Positions 26,150 to 38,503 are shown, numbered from the whole stretch's first letter. The stretch is 63,097 bases of DNA, filler included, from Octopus bimaculoides (GCF_001194135.2; 4 parts of 4 records of this genome joined end to end with filler, not necessarily neighbours in it), one strand, 5' to 3'. The notes: generated by a model not told the origin, from the letters alone. Made by a program: numbers and translations.

Positions 26150-26880
26150 TTTTGGGGGGCAGGGGAGCTTCTCGATTACATCGACCCCAGTATACTTCGA
26201 CCCAGTGTACAGATTACATGGACTCCAGTGTACTTCGACCCAGTGTACAGATTACATGGACTCCAGTGTACTTCGACACAGTGTGCAGATTACATGGACT
26301 CCAGTTTACTTCGACCCAGTGTACAGATTACATGAACTCCAGTGTACTTCGACCCAGTGTGCAGATTACATGAACTCCAGTGTACTTCGACCCAGTGTGC
26401 AGATTACATGGACTCCAGTGTACTTCGACCCAGTGTACAGATTACATCNNNNNNNNNNNNNNNNNNNNNNNNTTACTTCGACCCAGTGTACAGATTACAT
26501 GAACTCCAGTGTACTTCGACCCAGTGTGCAGATTACATGAACTCCAGTGTACTTCGACCCAGTGTGCAGATTACATGGACTCCAGTGTACTTCGACCCAG
26601 TGTACAGATTACATGAACTCCAGTGTACTTCGACCCAGTGTACAGATTACATGGACTCCAGTGTACTTCGACCCAGTGTACAGATTACATGGACTCCAGT
26701 GTACTTCGACCCAGTGTGCAGATTACATGGACTCCAGTGTACTTCGACCCAGTGTGCAGATTACATGGACTCCAGTGTACTTCGACCCAGTGTACAGATT
26801 ACATCGACCCCAGGGTCATTGTACATATTTTTTCGTCTTCGGTCGAATGAATGGTAAATTCGACCTCGGTGGTATTTGAA
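26150..26880 (-). mobile_element. SINE A copy containing a 38-bp tandem array
   Basis: SINE A sequence on both sides of the array (gattacatcgacccc; aaattcgacctcggtggtatttgaa). Confidence 0.75.
26175..26815. repeat. 38-bp minisatellite, about 17 units
   Basis: Unit gattacatggactccagtgtacttcgacccagtgtaca, nearly identical copies, one short N gap. Confidence 0.95.
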
Positions 26881-27699
26881 AACATCTGAATAATACTGAG
26901 CGTGGCATTTGTATCGTACATAAGCTTCTTTTATATCATAAAATAATCCACAACAACGTACCTCATTAAGGGAAAACCCCAACTACATATTAGAAATATC
27001 CAATCTCATTAAAAGCAAAGAAAAACAAATGTGAAAAACAAAACCAACGACCCACATAGCAGAAAAAACATCCCAGGGCATCAAACAGCCTCATAAGAAA
27101 ATAAAGAAAATAAACTATTGAAAAGTGAAAACATTAAAAAATATTTGTATGTAATTTAAGCTGCAAAAAATACAGTAAAACAGCATAAGGAGTAATTAGT
27201 AATATCAGCAACTTTAACAAGAGCAACATCTACACTCCACACCACGTGACGATAATAGCCTAAAATACCATACACACGCTCCGACACCAAGTAAACGCCT
27301 ATATCAGATATTTCAGGGAAATCACTCACCAAAAGCACGCAAAGTGAAGAGCGAACTAGTTAAACGGAAAACACACAACCACCACACGATTTTGACTCTT
27401 TCTTTCAAGCAAACAATTGCAAAAAAAAAAAAAAAAATGAAAAAGAAAAAAAAAGCAATAATTAAAAAGGATCAGAGATAGACAAATCACAAACGTATAT
27501 TAAAGGAGATTAGGGCTTGAAGGGACAATTGCACAAATGAACTATCTACAGCTACACGTTATGTATAATAATTTATATCAAATGTATATATGTTATACAT
27601 TGTGTGCGTATGTGTGGAAATTATGCTGATATTTGTTCGGTTGCTGATGAAGGATTCAGTTTTGAGTGGCAGTACTCATAGGGCATATAAGGTATCACA

Positions 27700-27850
27700 G
27701 TTACTCTCATCCCACTGGATCTGACGCCAGTCTGTCGCAGGGGTGCTTATTTACAACTGAGTGAACTGGAGCAATGCGAAATGAAGTTTTTGGCTCAAGA
27801 ACGCAACGCACCGCCTAGTCCAGAAATCGAAAGTGCGATTTGCGATCGTG
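27700..27850 (-). mobile_element. SINE family C, decayed
   Basis: Aligns to 5850-5990. Confidence 0.65.
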
Positions 27851-27874
27851 AAAAGCCTACACGTACTAACACTA

Positions 27875-28170
27875 TAAAATTCATAGAATCTAAAACCCGA
27901 ACAAGAATCATAAATATTTAAAAACAGAAAACCGACAAAGGCCTAAGTGAAATAGCTTCATACAGATCCACCCCTATCTTACACACACCTGCAACAAATG
28001 TAGAAAGGCTAATCCATGATATCACTAATCCATCCAAAGCTAATCCATGACATCACTAATCCATACATTACCCCTCTCCAAATCGTAAGATAGATTCCCA
28101 CCACTACACTCACGAACGTTGCACGAAAGTTACACAGCAGCTTCAACAATAACATTCTTCCCATGTTGTT
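27875..28170 (+). mobile_element. Decayed I/Jockey-group LINE RT fragment
   Basis: ASYRSTPILHTPATNVERLI approximates SYRPISLL..KVLERLI; later RF..HS..LH....SFN approximates GFR..HST..L....GFN. Confidence 0.45.
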
Positions 28171-28194
28171 CTACCATCAATATTAGGATAGCTT

Positions 28195-28410
28195 AAGGCA
28201 GTGAGCTGGCAGAACTGTTAGCACGCCGGGAAAGGTGCTTAGCAGTATTTCGTCCGTCTTTACGTCCTGGGTTCAAATTCCGCTGAGGTCGACTTTACCT
28301 TTCATTCTTTCGGGGTCGATAAAATAAGTACCGATTAGGCACTGGGGTCGATGTAATCAACTTAACCACTCCCCCGAAATTTCTGGTCTTGTGCCAAAAT
28401 TAGAAACCAG
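28195..28410 (+). mobile_element. SINE family A, short tail
   Basis: Complete head, core and tail. Confidence 0.92.
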
Positions 28411-28427
28411 TATGTACATATTCCATG

Positions 28428-28635
28428 CGGTGAGATGGCAGAATCGTTAGCACGTCGGGCAAAATGCTTAGTGGCATTTCGTCCGTCTTCACATTCTGGG
28501 TTCAAATGCTACCGAGGATGACTTTGCCTTTCATCCTCTCGAAGTCGATAAAATAAGTATCAATTGAGGACTGGGGTCGATGTAATGGACTTATCCCTCC
28601 CCCGAAATTGCTGGCCTTGATCCAAAATTTGAAAC
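28428..28635 (+). mobile_element. SINE family A, short tail, tandem with the previous copy
   Basis: Complete head, core and tail about 20 bp after the previous copy. Confidence 0.92.
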
Positions 28636-28664
28636 GAATATTAGAACTTTCGAATCCATACTTA

Positions 28665-28920
28665 ACACCACTTTAATCCATAAGAACTTAGACAAGCCAT
28701 ATCCGGCGAAAATATTCTATTCGTTTCATGTTCAAATCGAACAGACCCTATTATGTTCAAATCGGCCCGATCCGGCCTGTCACATTTACCTAACAATGTC
28801 ATTAAAAAAATAAGCTATCACATCATTGAAATCTCGAAACTATAAAAGCATGTACGATTATTTAAAATTGAATAAATAAGCAGTACATTTGTCAGAATAA
28901 TTTAAATACAAAAGGGTTAA
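28665..28920. mobile_element. Probable piggyBac-type MITE remnant
   Basis: Right end aaaggg-TTAA; left end decayed; family recognised from memory only. Confidence 0.4.
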
Positions 28921-28974
28921 AAAATGGCATAACTACAGATTCCTGCCCCCACCCGAGTTTGGATGATCATAATT

Positions 28975-29240
28975 TTCAGAAAGATCGATATTCTTTAATG
29001 AAATTTTCTACGAATATGTGTTATAACATGTAGATTCCGAATATACAAAACTTTTGGGGGAAAGTGTTTTGGGAGGGGCGTGTGGGGAATTTCAGAAAAT
29101 TCACCGGCGTCCACTTCAATTCGTTTTAACTTTCAAGAAAATAGATATTTTTTTAATGAAATTTTCTACAAATATACCTCGGACTATGTGGATTCCGAGA
29201 ACATAGGAATTTTGGAGAAAAGCAATTGGGGGGGGGGTTA
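28975..29240. repeat. Two diverged direct repeats, period about 165 bp
   Basis: gatatt..tttaatgaaattttctac(g/a)aatat...gattccga...ggggg occurs twice. Confidence 0.7.
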
Positions 29241-29714
29241 CTTTTGAGGACCGTTCCCCACTCGGGGGTGTTTCGGAACAGGTCGTCAATATTTGTTTCA
29301 TTTTCTCCGTTTTGTGCGTATTTCTTTCTCAATTGGCAAAAAATTTTGAAATAAAAATGAATAATGACATACATGCAAACATACAAACATACAAACATAC
29401 ATACATACATACATGCATAGAATACATATAGAATGCACACACATATATACATATATGTACATGTATATATGTATACGTATATATGCATGTGTATGTATAT
29501 TCTCTGACAAGTCAGTTGTGTAAAAGTGTCCAATGCTAGAATTCCTGAGAGGTCACATCATCTTTTGAAAATTTAATGGAAATTTGGCAATTCTACAAGT
29601 GAACCGTGGGAACATATAGGTCTACATCTGTGTGTAGATTTGAGCGTGTGCATATGCATACATATATGATGTGTATGTGTATGTGTATGTATGTGTGTGT
29701 GTATATCATCGACA

Positions 29715-29910
29715 TCATTTAACGTCTATCTTTCTATGCCGACATGGGTCAAACAGACTTTGTTGAGACAAACTTTCTACGGCTGGATGCCCTTTCTGTC
29801 GCCAACAATCACCTATTGCCAAGCAATGTAATATCTTCCCATGGCTAGAGAGGTTTTCTTCTCCTTTTTTTTTTTTCGTTTTAACGGAAGACGGCAGACA
29901 AACAATCTCG
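29715..29910 (-). mobile_element. SINE-like fragment with V-SINE-like motif and RTE-like tail
   Basis: GGCGACAGAAAGGGCATCCAGCCGTAGAAA and tail GACGTTAAATGATG. Confidence 0.5.
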
Positions 29911-29948
29911 CTTGTATTACGATGACAAAGGCACACGCACGCGCGCAC

Positions 29949-29988
<40 letters not shown>

Positions 29989-30668
29989 NNNNNNNNNNNN
30001 NNNNNNNNNNNNNNNNNNNNNNNNNNNNNNNNNNNNNNNNNNNNNNNNNNNNNNNNNNNNNNNNNNNNNNNNNNNNNNNNNNNNNNNNNNNNNNNNNNNN
30101 NNNNNNNNNNNNNNNNNNNNNNNNNNNNNNNNNNNNNNNNNNNNNNNNNNNNNNNNNNNNNNNNNNNNNNNNNNNNNNNNNNNNNNNNNNNNNNNNNNNN
30201 NNNNNNNNNNNNNNNNNNNNNNNNNNNNNNNNNNNNNNNNNNNNNNNNNNNNNNNNNNNNNNNNNNNNNNNNNNNNNNNNNNNNNNNNNNNNNNNNNNNN
30301 NNNNNNNNNNNNNNNNNNNNNNNNNNNNNNNNNNNNNNNNNNNNNNNNNNNNNNNNNNNNNNNNNNNNNNNNNNNNNNNNNNNNNNNNNNNNNNNNNNNN
30401 NNNNNNNNNNNNNNNNNNNNNNNNNNNNNNNNNNNNNNNNNNNNNNNNNNNNNNNNNNNNNNNNNNNNNNNNNNNNNNNNNNNNNNNNNNNNNNNNNNNN
30501 NNNNNNNNNNNNNNNNNNNNNNNNNNNNNNNNNNNNNNNNNNNNNNNNNNNNNNNNNNNNNNNNNNNNNNNNNNNNNNNNNNNNNNNNNNNNNNNNNNNN
30601 NNNNNNNNNNNNNNNNNNNNNNNNNNNNNNNNNNNNNNNNNNNNNNNNNNNNNNNNNNNNNNNNNNNN

Positions 30669-30707
<39 letters not shown>

Positions 30708-30708
<1 letters not shown>

Positions 30709-30845
30709 TACGACGGGCTTCTTTCAATTTCCGTCTACGAAATCCACTCACAAAGCCTTGGTCAGCCCGAGGCTATAGTAGAAGACACTTGGCCAAGGTG
30801 CCACGCAGTGGGACCGAACCCGGAACCAAGTGGCTGGGAAACAAC
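30708..30845 (-). mobile_element. SINE B 5' module
   Basis: Head to gcccgtcg-(TA)n, then an N gap. Confidence 0.85.
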
Positions 30846-31637
30846 GTGAAATTTTTAAGTATGTTAATTTGAATCCCAAACGGTTAATTCAAATATTTAA
30901 CCCTCACGACGTGAACTGACTGCTCTTTGGTGTCTTCATATATACATCTGAGTGTGTTTGCGCATGCGTATATACAGACTCACTCTTACTCACACAAGCA
31001 TATACACACACACACGCTCTTCTAAATACTTTCACCCGTATACGGCCATGTTTGTAAGTGCATATGCGCTCTATGTACGTGCACTATGTATGTGCGCGCA
31101 CGTGTGCGTGTGTGCGTGTATTCATCTTGCTTTTAAGTAGCACAACAGATCCAGTTTGTGCATTATTGACATAATAATAATGATGATGATGATGATAATA
31201 ATAACAATAATGTATATACACACATATGTATGTGTGTGTATGTATATATATGTGTACGTGTGTGTGTCCTATCTTCTTTTTCTTTCTCTTTTTTTCCACC
31301 ATATTTTATTGAAATGTTGTAATGACAGTTTCATCCGGTAATGTTTGACATTTTATGTGTCCTAGAACCCTGAATCGACTAACTAACCTGGATGTTGACC
31401 CTTCGCTTCTCTTAATCTTTCGCTTCCTCTCTCTCTCCTTCCCTTTTCTCTACATCTCTCTTTTCTTTTCTTTCTTTCTATGTTCTCCACTCTCTCCATT
31501 TCTATTTCGCCTCATTTTTGTGTCTATTCTTCTATTCGTCACTGCCGTCCACCACTACTTACGATCTCCATTTTCGCCACAATGCCCATCTTTTTCCTTC
31601 AATCTGTCTGTCTGTCTGTCTTCTGACTCCCTTCTGA

Positions 31638-32053
31638 CTCCCTTCTGTCTGTCTTCTGACTCTCTTCTGTCTGTATTTTGACTCCTTCTGTCTGTATTTT
31701 GACTCCTTCTGTCTGCCTTCTGATTCTCTTCTGTCTGTATTTTGACTCCTTCTGTCTCTCTTCTGACTCCCTTCTGTCTGTCTTCTGACTCTCTTCTGTC
31801 TGTATTTTGACTCCTTCTGTCTGTATTTTGACTCCTTCTGTCTGTCTTCTGATTCTCTTCTGTCTGTATTTTGACTCCTTCTGTCTGTATTTTGACTCCT
31901 TCTGTCTGTATTTTGACTCCTTCTGTCTGCCTTCTGATTCTCTTCTGTCTGTATTTTGACTCCTTCTGTCTCTCTTCTGACTCCCTTCTGTCTGTCTTCT
32001 GACTCTCTTCTGTCTGTATTTTGACTCCTTCTGTCTCTCTTCTGACTCCCTTC
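31638..32053. repeat. 21/22-bp minisatellite with interspersed variant units
   Basis: Units tgtctgtattttgactccttc and tgtctgtcttctgactctcttc plus variants, about 19-20 units. Confidence 0.95.
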
Positions 32054-32179
32054 TGTCTGTCTGTTTGTCTCTTTATTAGTCAGCCTGTCTTCACTAAAAT
32101 GTCCCAACCTCCACATCAAAGGCTTTCTAACCATGACCATCTTAGTCTGTTTCTCAATTATTGCGCAGCTTCTCGGTTA

Positions 32180-32352
32180 TCACTTGATAACCGATGTTGG
32201 TGTGTTTACGTCGCCATAACTTAGCGGTCTGGCAAAAGAGACTATTAGAATAAGTACCAAGCTTACAAAGAATAAGTACTGGGGTCAATTTGTTCGACTA
32301 AAGGTGGTGCTCCAGTATGGCCGCAGTCAATTGATTGAAACAAGTAAAAGAA
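32180..32352 (+). mobile_element. SINE B 3' module
   Basis: cttgataaccgatgttgg...tgattgaaacaagtaaaaga. Confidence 0.85.
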
Positions 32353-32420
32353 TAAAATATATGTATATAAATTGCTAGACACTACACACATTTTTCTCTC
32401 CTTGTTTCTCTCCTTGTCTC

Positions 32421-32455
32421 TTTCTGTGGAAGAGCGTAGGCTCAAAACGTTAAAA
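32421..32455 (+). ncRNA. Degenerate hammerhead-like motif
   Basis: ttt-CTGTGGA-a-gagc(gtag)gctc-AAAA-cg-TT-aaa; intact stem II, two core changes; related to 43553-43590. Confidence 0.4.
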
Positions 32456-34470
32456 ACTTTTTCAATTCCCGAGCGTTATACTAATACATCTGTTTGTTTT
32501 CTACACCACCTGTCTTCGTTTTTTGTTTTNNNNNNNNNNNNNNNNNNNNNNNNNNNNNNNNNNNNNNNNNNNNNNNNNNNNNNNNNNNNNNNNNNNNNNN
32601 NNNNNNNNNNNNNNNNNNNNNNNNNNNNNNNNNNNNNNNNNNNNNNNNNNNNNNNNNNNNNNNNNNNNNNNNNNNNNNNNNNNNNNNNNNNNNNNNNNNN
32701 NNNNNNNNNNNNNNNNNNNNNNNNNNNNNNNNNNNNNNNNNNNNNNNNNNNNNNNNNNNNNNNNNNNNNNNNNNNNNNNNNNNNNNNNNNNNNNNNNNNN
32801 NNNNNNNNNNNNNNNNNNNNNNNNNNNNNNNNNNNNNNNNNNNNNNNNNNNNNNNNNNNNNNNNNNNNNNNNNNNNNNNNNNNNNNNNNNNNNNNNNNNN
32901 NNNNNNNNNNNNNNNNNNNNNNNNNNNNNNNNNNNNNNNNNNNNNNNNNNNNNNNNNNNNNNNNNNNNNNNNNNNNNNNNNNNNNNNNNNNNNNNNNNNN
33001 NNNNNNNNNNNNNNNNNNNNNNNNNNNNNNNNNNNNNNNNNNNNNNNNNNNNNNNNNNNNNNNNNNNNNNNNNNNNNNNNNNNNNNNNNNNNNNNNNNNN
33101 NNNNNNNNNNNNNNNNNNNNNNNNNNNNNNNNNNNNNNNNNNNNNNNNNNNNNNNNNNNNNNNNNNNNNNNNNNNNNNNNNNNNNNNNNNNNNNNNNNNN
33201 NNNNNNNNNNNNNNNNNNNNNNNNNNNNNNNNNNNNNNNNNNNNNNNNNNNNNNNNNNNNNNNNNNNNNNNNNNNNNNNNNNNNNNNNNNNNNNNNNNNN
33301 NNNNNNNNNNNNNNNNNNNNNNNNNNNNNNNNNNNNNNNNNNNNNNNNNNNNNNNNNNNNNNNNNNNNNNNNNNNNNNNNNNNNNNNNNNNNNNNNNNNN
33401 NNNNNNNNNNNNNNNNNNNNNNNNNNNNNNNNNNNNNNNNNNNNNNNNNNNNNNNNNNNNNNNNNNNNNNNNNNNNAGTAGGGTGTAATTTAAAGGACAG
33501 TTTTGGCTGCTACTTCTAGCAAGTCGAGTCACCACATAGTGGCTCTTTCGATGACTCATTGATGTTGTTACTGCTGTTGTTGTGGTTGGTGGTGTTTGGT
33601 GGTGGTGGTGGTGGTGGTGGTGGTGGAGGGGAAGTCATAGAGAAGAGGAAAGCAATTTTCTGTAATTTGAACGATGACAATGTTAGAAGTGATGACAGCA
33701 ATGGTGATGATGTGATGACGACTAGGAGTGGGGTGGGGAATAATGTCAAAGGTCAATAAAATAACGGCTTTTTATTAGTCTAGCTATTCTTTGTATACAT
33801 ATGTGAACGTGCGTATATGTATACATATACGTATATACATTGATACATACACACACATATACTTATACATATATGCATACGTACTAACACACACATATAC
33901 ATATATACACAGGTACATACATATATATATATATATATATGTATGTGTATACGTATAGATTTATGTGTATTTATCTAATTGTGTGTGCGTGTGTATGTGT
34001 GTGTGTATGCATGTATGTATACTATATATATATATATGTGTATACATATGGATGTAGAGATGTATAATATATGTATGTATATGTGTATGCATGTCTGTAT
34101 TTATGTATGTATGTGCACGTCTGTCTGTCTGTCTGTCTGTCAGTCTGTCTGTATGTCTGTATGCATGTATGTATGTATGTATGTATGTATGTATGTATTC
34201 TGTGAATAATGTTCCAATCTAAGGAAGATGATGGGGAGAATGTCAGAAGCAAATGATGATTACAGATTTTAAACAAAAGGAAACGTTTTATTCTCAACTG
34301 TATGATGCAAATCTACTTCCATCAGGGAAATTTTGAGACTTTTTGATATACATTTCTTTAGAGATATATATTTTTATTTTATTTCTTTTACCACTCAAAT
34401 TTTACACATACACACACACACGCGCGCAAAACACACATAGATATATGCAGTTTAATGAAACCGAATGATC

Positions 34471-34515
34471 ATCTCACGACTCGAATTTCACGCCACAACA
34501 ATCTTCAGGCGAGAC
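34471..34515 (-). ncRNA. Type I minimal hammerhead ribozyme, canonical core, GUC site
   Basis: gtctcgc-CTGAAGA-ttgttgtggcgt-GAAA-ttcgag-TC-gtgagat; 7-bp stem I (2 GU), weak stem II, near-palindromic stem III. Confidence 0.75.
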
Positions 34516-34621
34516 CAGATTGCTATGGCATGAGATTTAAGTTTCACTTTAAATAAACCATATACTATACAGCATGTATTGAATATTGAATACTTCTCCC
34601 TCATTCTTCTGTAAAATTCAA

Positions 34622-34674
<53 letters not shown>

Positions 34675-34677
<3 letters not shown>

Positions 34678-35436
34678 TGCCCGTGAATTATCGTTGTTGT
34701 TTGGTGTTAGCAAGCATACAATATTGACTCACCTAGTTCAAATCGGTAAAGTGAAAAAGTTGGATAAGTGGGATCCACATGAACTCGAGGAAAATCAGAA
34801 ACAGCAACGTTTGGAAGCCTGCATTATGCTATTTTCTTGTCACAAAAATGAATCATTTTAAAATCAAATTGTAACATGCGATGAGAAATGGATCCAATAC
34901 AACAATCGTAAACGTTCAACACAATGGTTGGACAAAGACGAGCCACCAAATCACAGTCCAAAAAGCAAAATTCATCAAAAGAAACTGATGGTGCGTGTTT
35001 GGTGGTCTGGCGCAGATGTGATCCATTATGATTTTATTAAATCTGGCTCATCAATCACAGCCGAAGTATACCTACAGCCATGATGCAGAAACTTACAAAA
35101 AACAGTCTAGATTAGTCAACAGATCCACTCCTATTTTATTGCAAGACAACGCCAGACCACACATCGCAAAAATGATATTAGCGAAACTACAGCAGTTGGA
35201 GTTGGAAGTGCTCCATCATCCACCATACTCACCTGATCTTCCCCCCCCCCACTCATTACCACTTCTTCCAAAATTTGGATAACGTTTTGATAGGAAAAAA
35301 ATTTAATTCCGAAGATGCTGTAAAACAGGCCTTCCCAAATTTTATTGACTATAGATAGACAGGCTTTGATGAATAAAACTATTCCTTGTATTTATAAAAC
35401 ATTAGCAAACTTCTTTCAACAAATTTTTTACTTGAC
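34675..35436 (+). mobile_element. mariner (DD34D) transposase remnant
   Basis: KWDPHEL, IVTCDEKW, LLQDNARPH, HPPYSPDL motifs with stops and frameshifts. Confidence 0.93.
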
Positions 35437-36180
35437 NNNNNNNNNNNNNNNNNNNNNNNNNNNNNNNNNNNNNNNNNNNNNNNNNNNNNNNNNNNNNNNN
35501 NNNNNNNNNNNNNNNNNNNNNNNNNNNNNNNNNNNNNNNNNNNNNNNNNNNNNNNNNNNNNNNNNNNNNNNNNNNNNNNNNNNNNNNNNNNNNNNNNNNN
35601 NNNNNNNNNNNNNNNNNNNNNNNNNNNNNNNNNNNNNNNNNNNNNNNNNNNNNNNNNNNNNNNNNNNNNNNNNNNNNNNNNNNNNNNNNNNNNNNNNNNN
35701 NNNNNNNNNNNNNNNNNNNTATATATATATATAATATTTATACATTTACACACACTCATACACTCACATATATGTATATACATATACGCACACATACATA
35801 TATATATATATATATGTATGTATATATATATATACATATATGTGTATGTATGTATGTATGTATGTATGTATGTGTATATGGATATTTATGTTTGAAAGTT
35901 TAGTTTAAAGAGAAAGTTAAAGTAGCATATGACCTCCAAGCTATGCTAATAAAAGATCAGTTACCCTCATTCTAAACATGCAATCCTTTTGTCGTATTCT
36001 ATTGTGAAAGCTTTTCAAACGTTAATTCTATTGTAGACGGCAAAGAAAGAATGTCTTTATCTTCAACAGTTGCTTCTAAATCACAGCAACAGTTGTCATG
36101 TTGATGCACGGCTAGGAGTCGTTAGCAAAGCCGTTGTCTCTAAAGCGGGTGCGGGCATGTTTCCAATATAGTTATTAACG

Positions 36181-36567
36181 TAGGAGGCTCAATGGCCCAG
36201 TGATTAGGACAGCGAAGTCGCGGTCGTAGGATCGCGGTATCGATTCCCAGACTGGGCATTGTGAGTGTTTATAGAGCGAAAACACCTAAAGCTTCACTAC
36301 GCTCAGGCAGGGAGGGTGGGGGTGGCGAACCCTGCTGTACTCTTTCACCACAACTTTCTCTCCCGCCTCCTGTTTTTGTTGTACCTGTATTTCAAAGGGC
36401 CAGCCTTGTCACACTCTGTGTCACGCTGAATTTCCCTGAGAACTATGTTAAGGGTACACGTGTCTGAGGAGTGCTCAGCCACTTACACGTTAATTTCACG
36501 AGCAGGCTGTTCTGTTGATCGGATCAGCTGGAACCCTCGACGTCGTCGTAACCGACGGAGTGCCATA
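36181..36567 (+). mobile_element. SINE family D, full length
   Basis: A-box-like TGGCCCAGTGATT, B-box-like GGTATCGATTCCC, body matches 2740-2888, ends gacggagtgcca. Confidence 0.75.
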
Positions 36568-37614
36568 ACATATTAACATAGGAAACGAATTAAGGAAAAG
36601 TAACTTGTACCTAGGGTGTAGCGGAGCGAGGGTGTGGCGAAGCGCGGNNNNNNNNNNNNNNNNNNNNNNNNNNNNNNNNNNNNNNNNNNNNNNNNNNNNN
36701 NNNNNNNNNNNNNNNNNNNNNNNNNNNNNNNNNNNNNNNNNNNNNNNNNNNNNNNNNNNNNNNNNNNNNNNNNNNNNNNNNNNNNNNNNNNNNNNNNNNN
36801 NNNNNNNNNNNNNNNNNNNNNNNNNNNNNNNNNNNNNNNNNNNNNNNNNNNNNNNNNNNNNNNNNNNNNNNNNNNNNNNNNNNNNNNNNNNNNNNNNNNN
36901 NNNNNNNNNNNNNNNNNNNNNNNNNNNNNNNNNNNNNNNNNNNNNNNNNNNNNNNNNNNNNNNNNNNNNNNNNNNNNNNNNNNNNNNNNNNNNNNNNNNN
37001 NNNNNNNNNNNNNNNNNNNNNNNNNNNNNNNNNNNNNNNNNNNNNNNNNNNNNNNNNNNNNNNNNNNNNNNNNNNNNNNNNNNNNNNNNNNNNNNNNNNN
37101 NNNNNNNNNNNNNNNNNNNNNNNNNNNNNNNNNNNNNNNNNNNNNNNNNNNNNNNNNNNNNNNNNNNNNNNNNNNNNNNNNNNNNNNNNNNNNNNNNNNN
37201 NNNNNNNNNNNNNNNNNNNNNNNNNNNNNNNNNNNNNNNNNNNNNNNNNNNNNNNNNNNNNNNNNNNNNNNNAACAATATAACTCGAAGTGAATAGAACT
37301 ATAAGTAATAATTTATATTGTATTTGATAAAAAATGATTACCATTTTACATCTGGTGGTGTTTAAGCTTTTCCAAAATGATAAACTCATATGTGAGTGCG
37401 TGTATGTGCGCGCGCGTGTTTGTGTGTGTGTATGTATATATTTTCTGAAAGGTCACAGTTCAACGCGTCGTTCTATACGATTACTGGTTTCACGTTAAAA
37501 GTGAAAATAGAGGAAATTGAGATAGATTTTCGTCCTTTGATGCTCTTTTATTTCCGGAAAGGAAGACTGCAAAAAGAATGAAAAAAAAAAAAAAAATCAA
37601 CATATTTGTTGCTT

Positions 37615-38320
37615 ACAGAGACCGTGAACGTTTCTGCAGGCCAACAGTCGTAAATGACGACAAAATCAAAGCGCTAATCAAAAGTAATCTAGCTCATACG
37701 ACATGAGACATTTGGTTAAGGGAGTGTTCATTTCGTTTTCTCCTGGATCTTTTTCGTTTCACATTGTTGCAAACAATCCATTTTTCATCACCTCTGATCT
37801 TCTTTTCAAAAATGGCTTGATTTTTGTTGTTTGGGCAGAATATCGCAGATAGAAGTGCAGTCCATTAAATTTTTTTTCTTTTAATTTATGAGGCACCCAA
37901 ACATGTTCTGTATCTGGTGGGACTGGAAGAGCAATGTGTATTATGAACTCATTCCATACAATTATTGTTTCCAGTTAGACCGCTTAAAGTAGGCAATCAA
38001 TGAAGGATATCCAGAATTGGCCAATTTCAAAGGATGTTGTCTTCCTTCAGGACAGTGCTAAACTTGATGTTCCCTTGCAGACCTGGCAGAAATCGTTACA
38101 ACTTAGTTTAGATGTTCCACTGCACACGCTGTATTCATCACATTATCATTTACATTGATTCCTACGAAATTCTCTTAATAGGAAGAATTTCAATTCCTCG
38201 TAAGACTGCGAAAACCACTCAGATTATTCATAACCGAAGAACGGTGCCACATTCTGGGAGGATGGGATCATGAAGCAGCCTCGAAGATGGTCAAATGTGG
38301 GGAAACAAAATTAGACCCAC
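37615..38320 (+). mobile_element. mariner transposase remnant with an internal inversion
   Basis: Plus strand: DDKIKALI, WWDWK..YYEL, QLDRLK, FWEDGIMK; minus strand 37712-37890: NLMD..SICD..PFLKR..GDEKWIV.NNVKRKRS. Confidence 0.8.
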
Positions 38321-38354
38321 AAACACATATTCACATACATATATATGTACAAAT

Positions 38355-38503
38355 ATACGACGGGCTTCTTTCAGTTTCCGTCTACCAAATCCACTCACAA
38401 GGCTTTGGTCGGCCCGAGGCTATAGTAGAAGACACTTGCCCAAGATGCCACGCAGTGGGACTGAGCCCGGGACCATGTGGTTGGTAATCAAGCTACTTAC
38501 CAC
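38355..38503 (-). mobile_element. SINE B 5' module
   Basis: Matches B head; start lies in the N gap. Confidence 0.88.

Noticed and set aside
26175-26815. CRISPR-like regular array
   Set aside because: Contiguous tandem units with no unique spacers, no cas genes, eukaryotic SINE context.
36181-36260. tRNA-like heads of SINE families A-D as tRNA genes
   Set aside because: A/B boxes present but no full cloverleaf, and each continues into a repeated SINE body.
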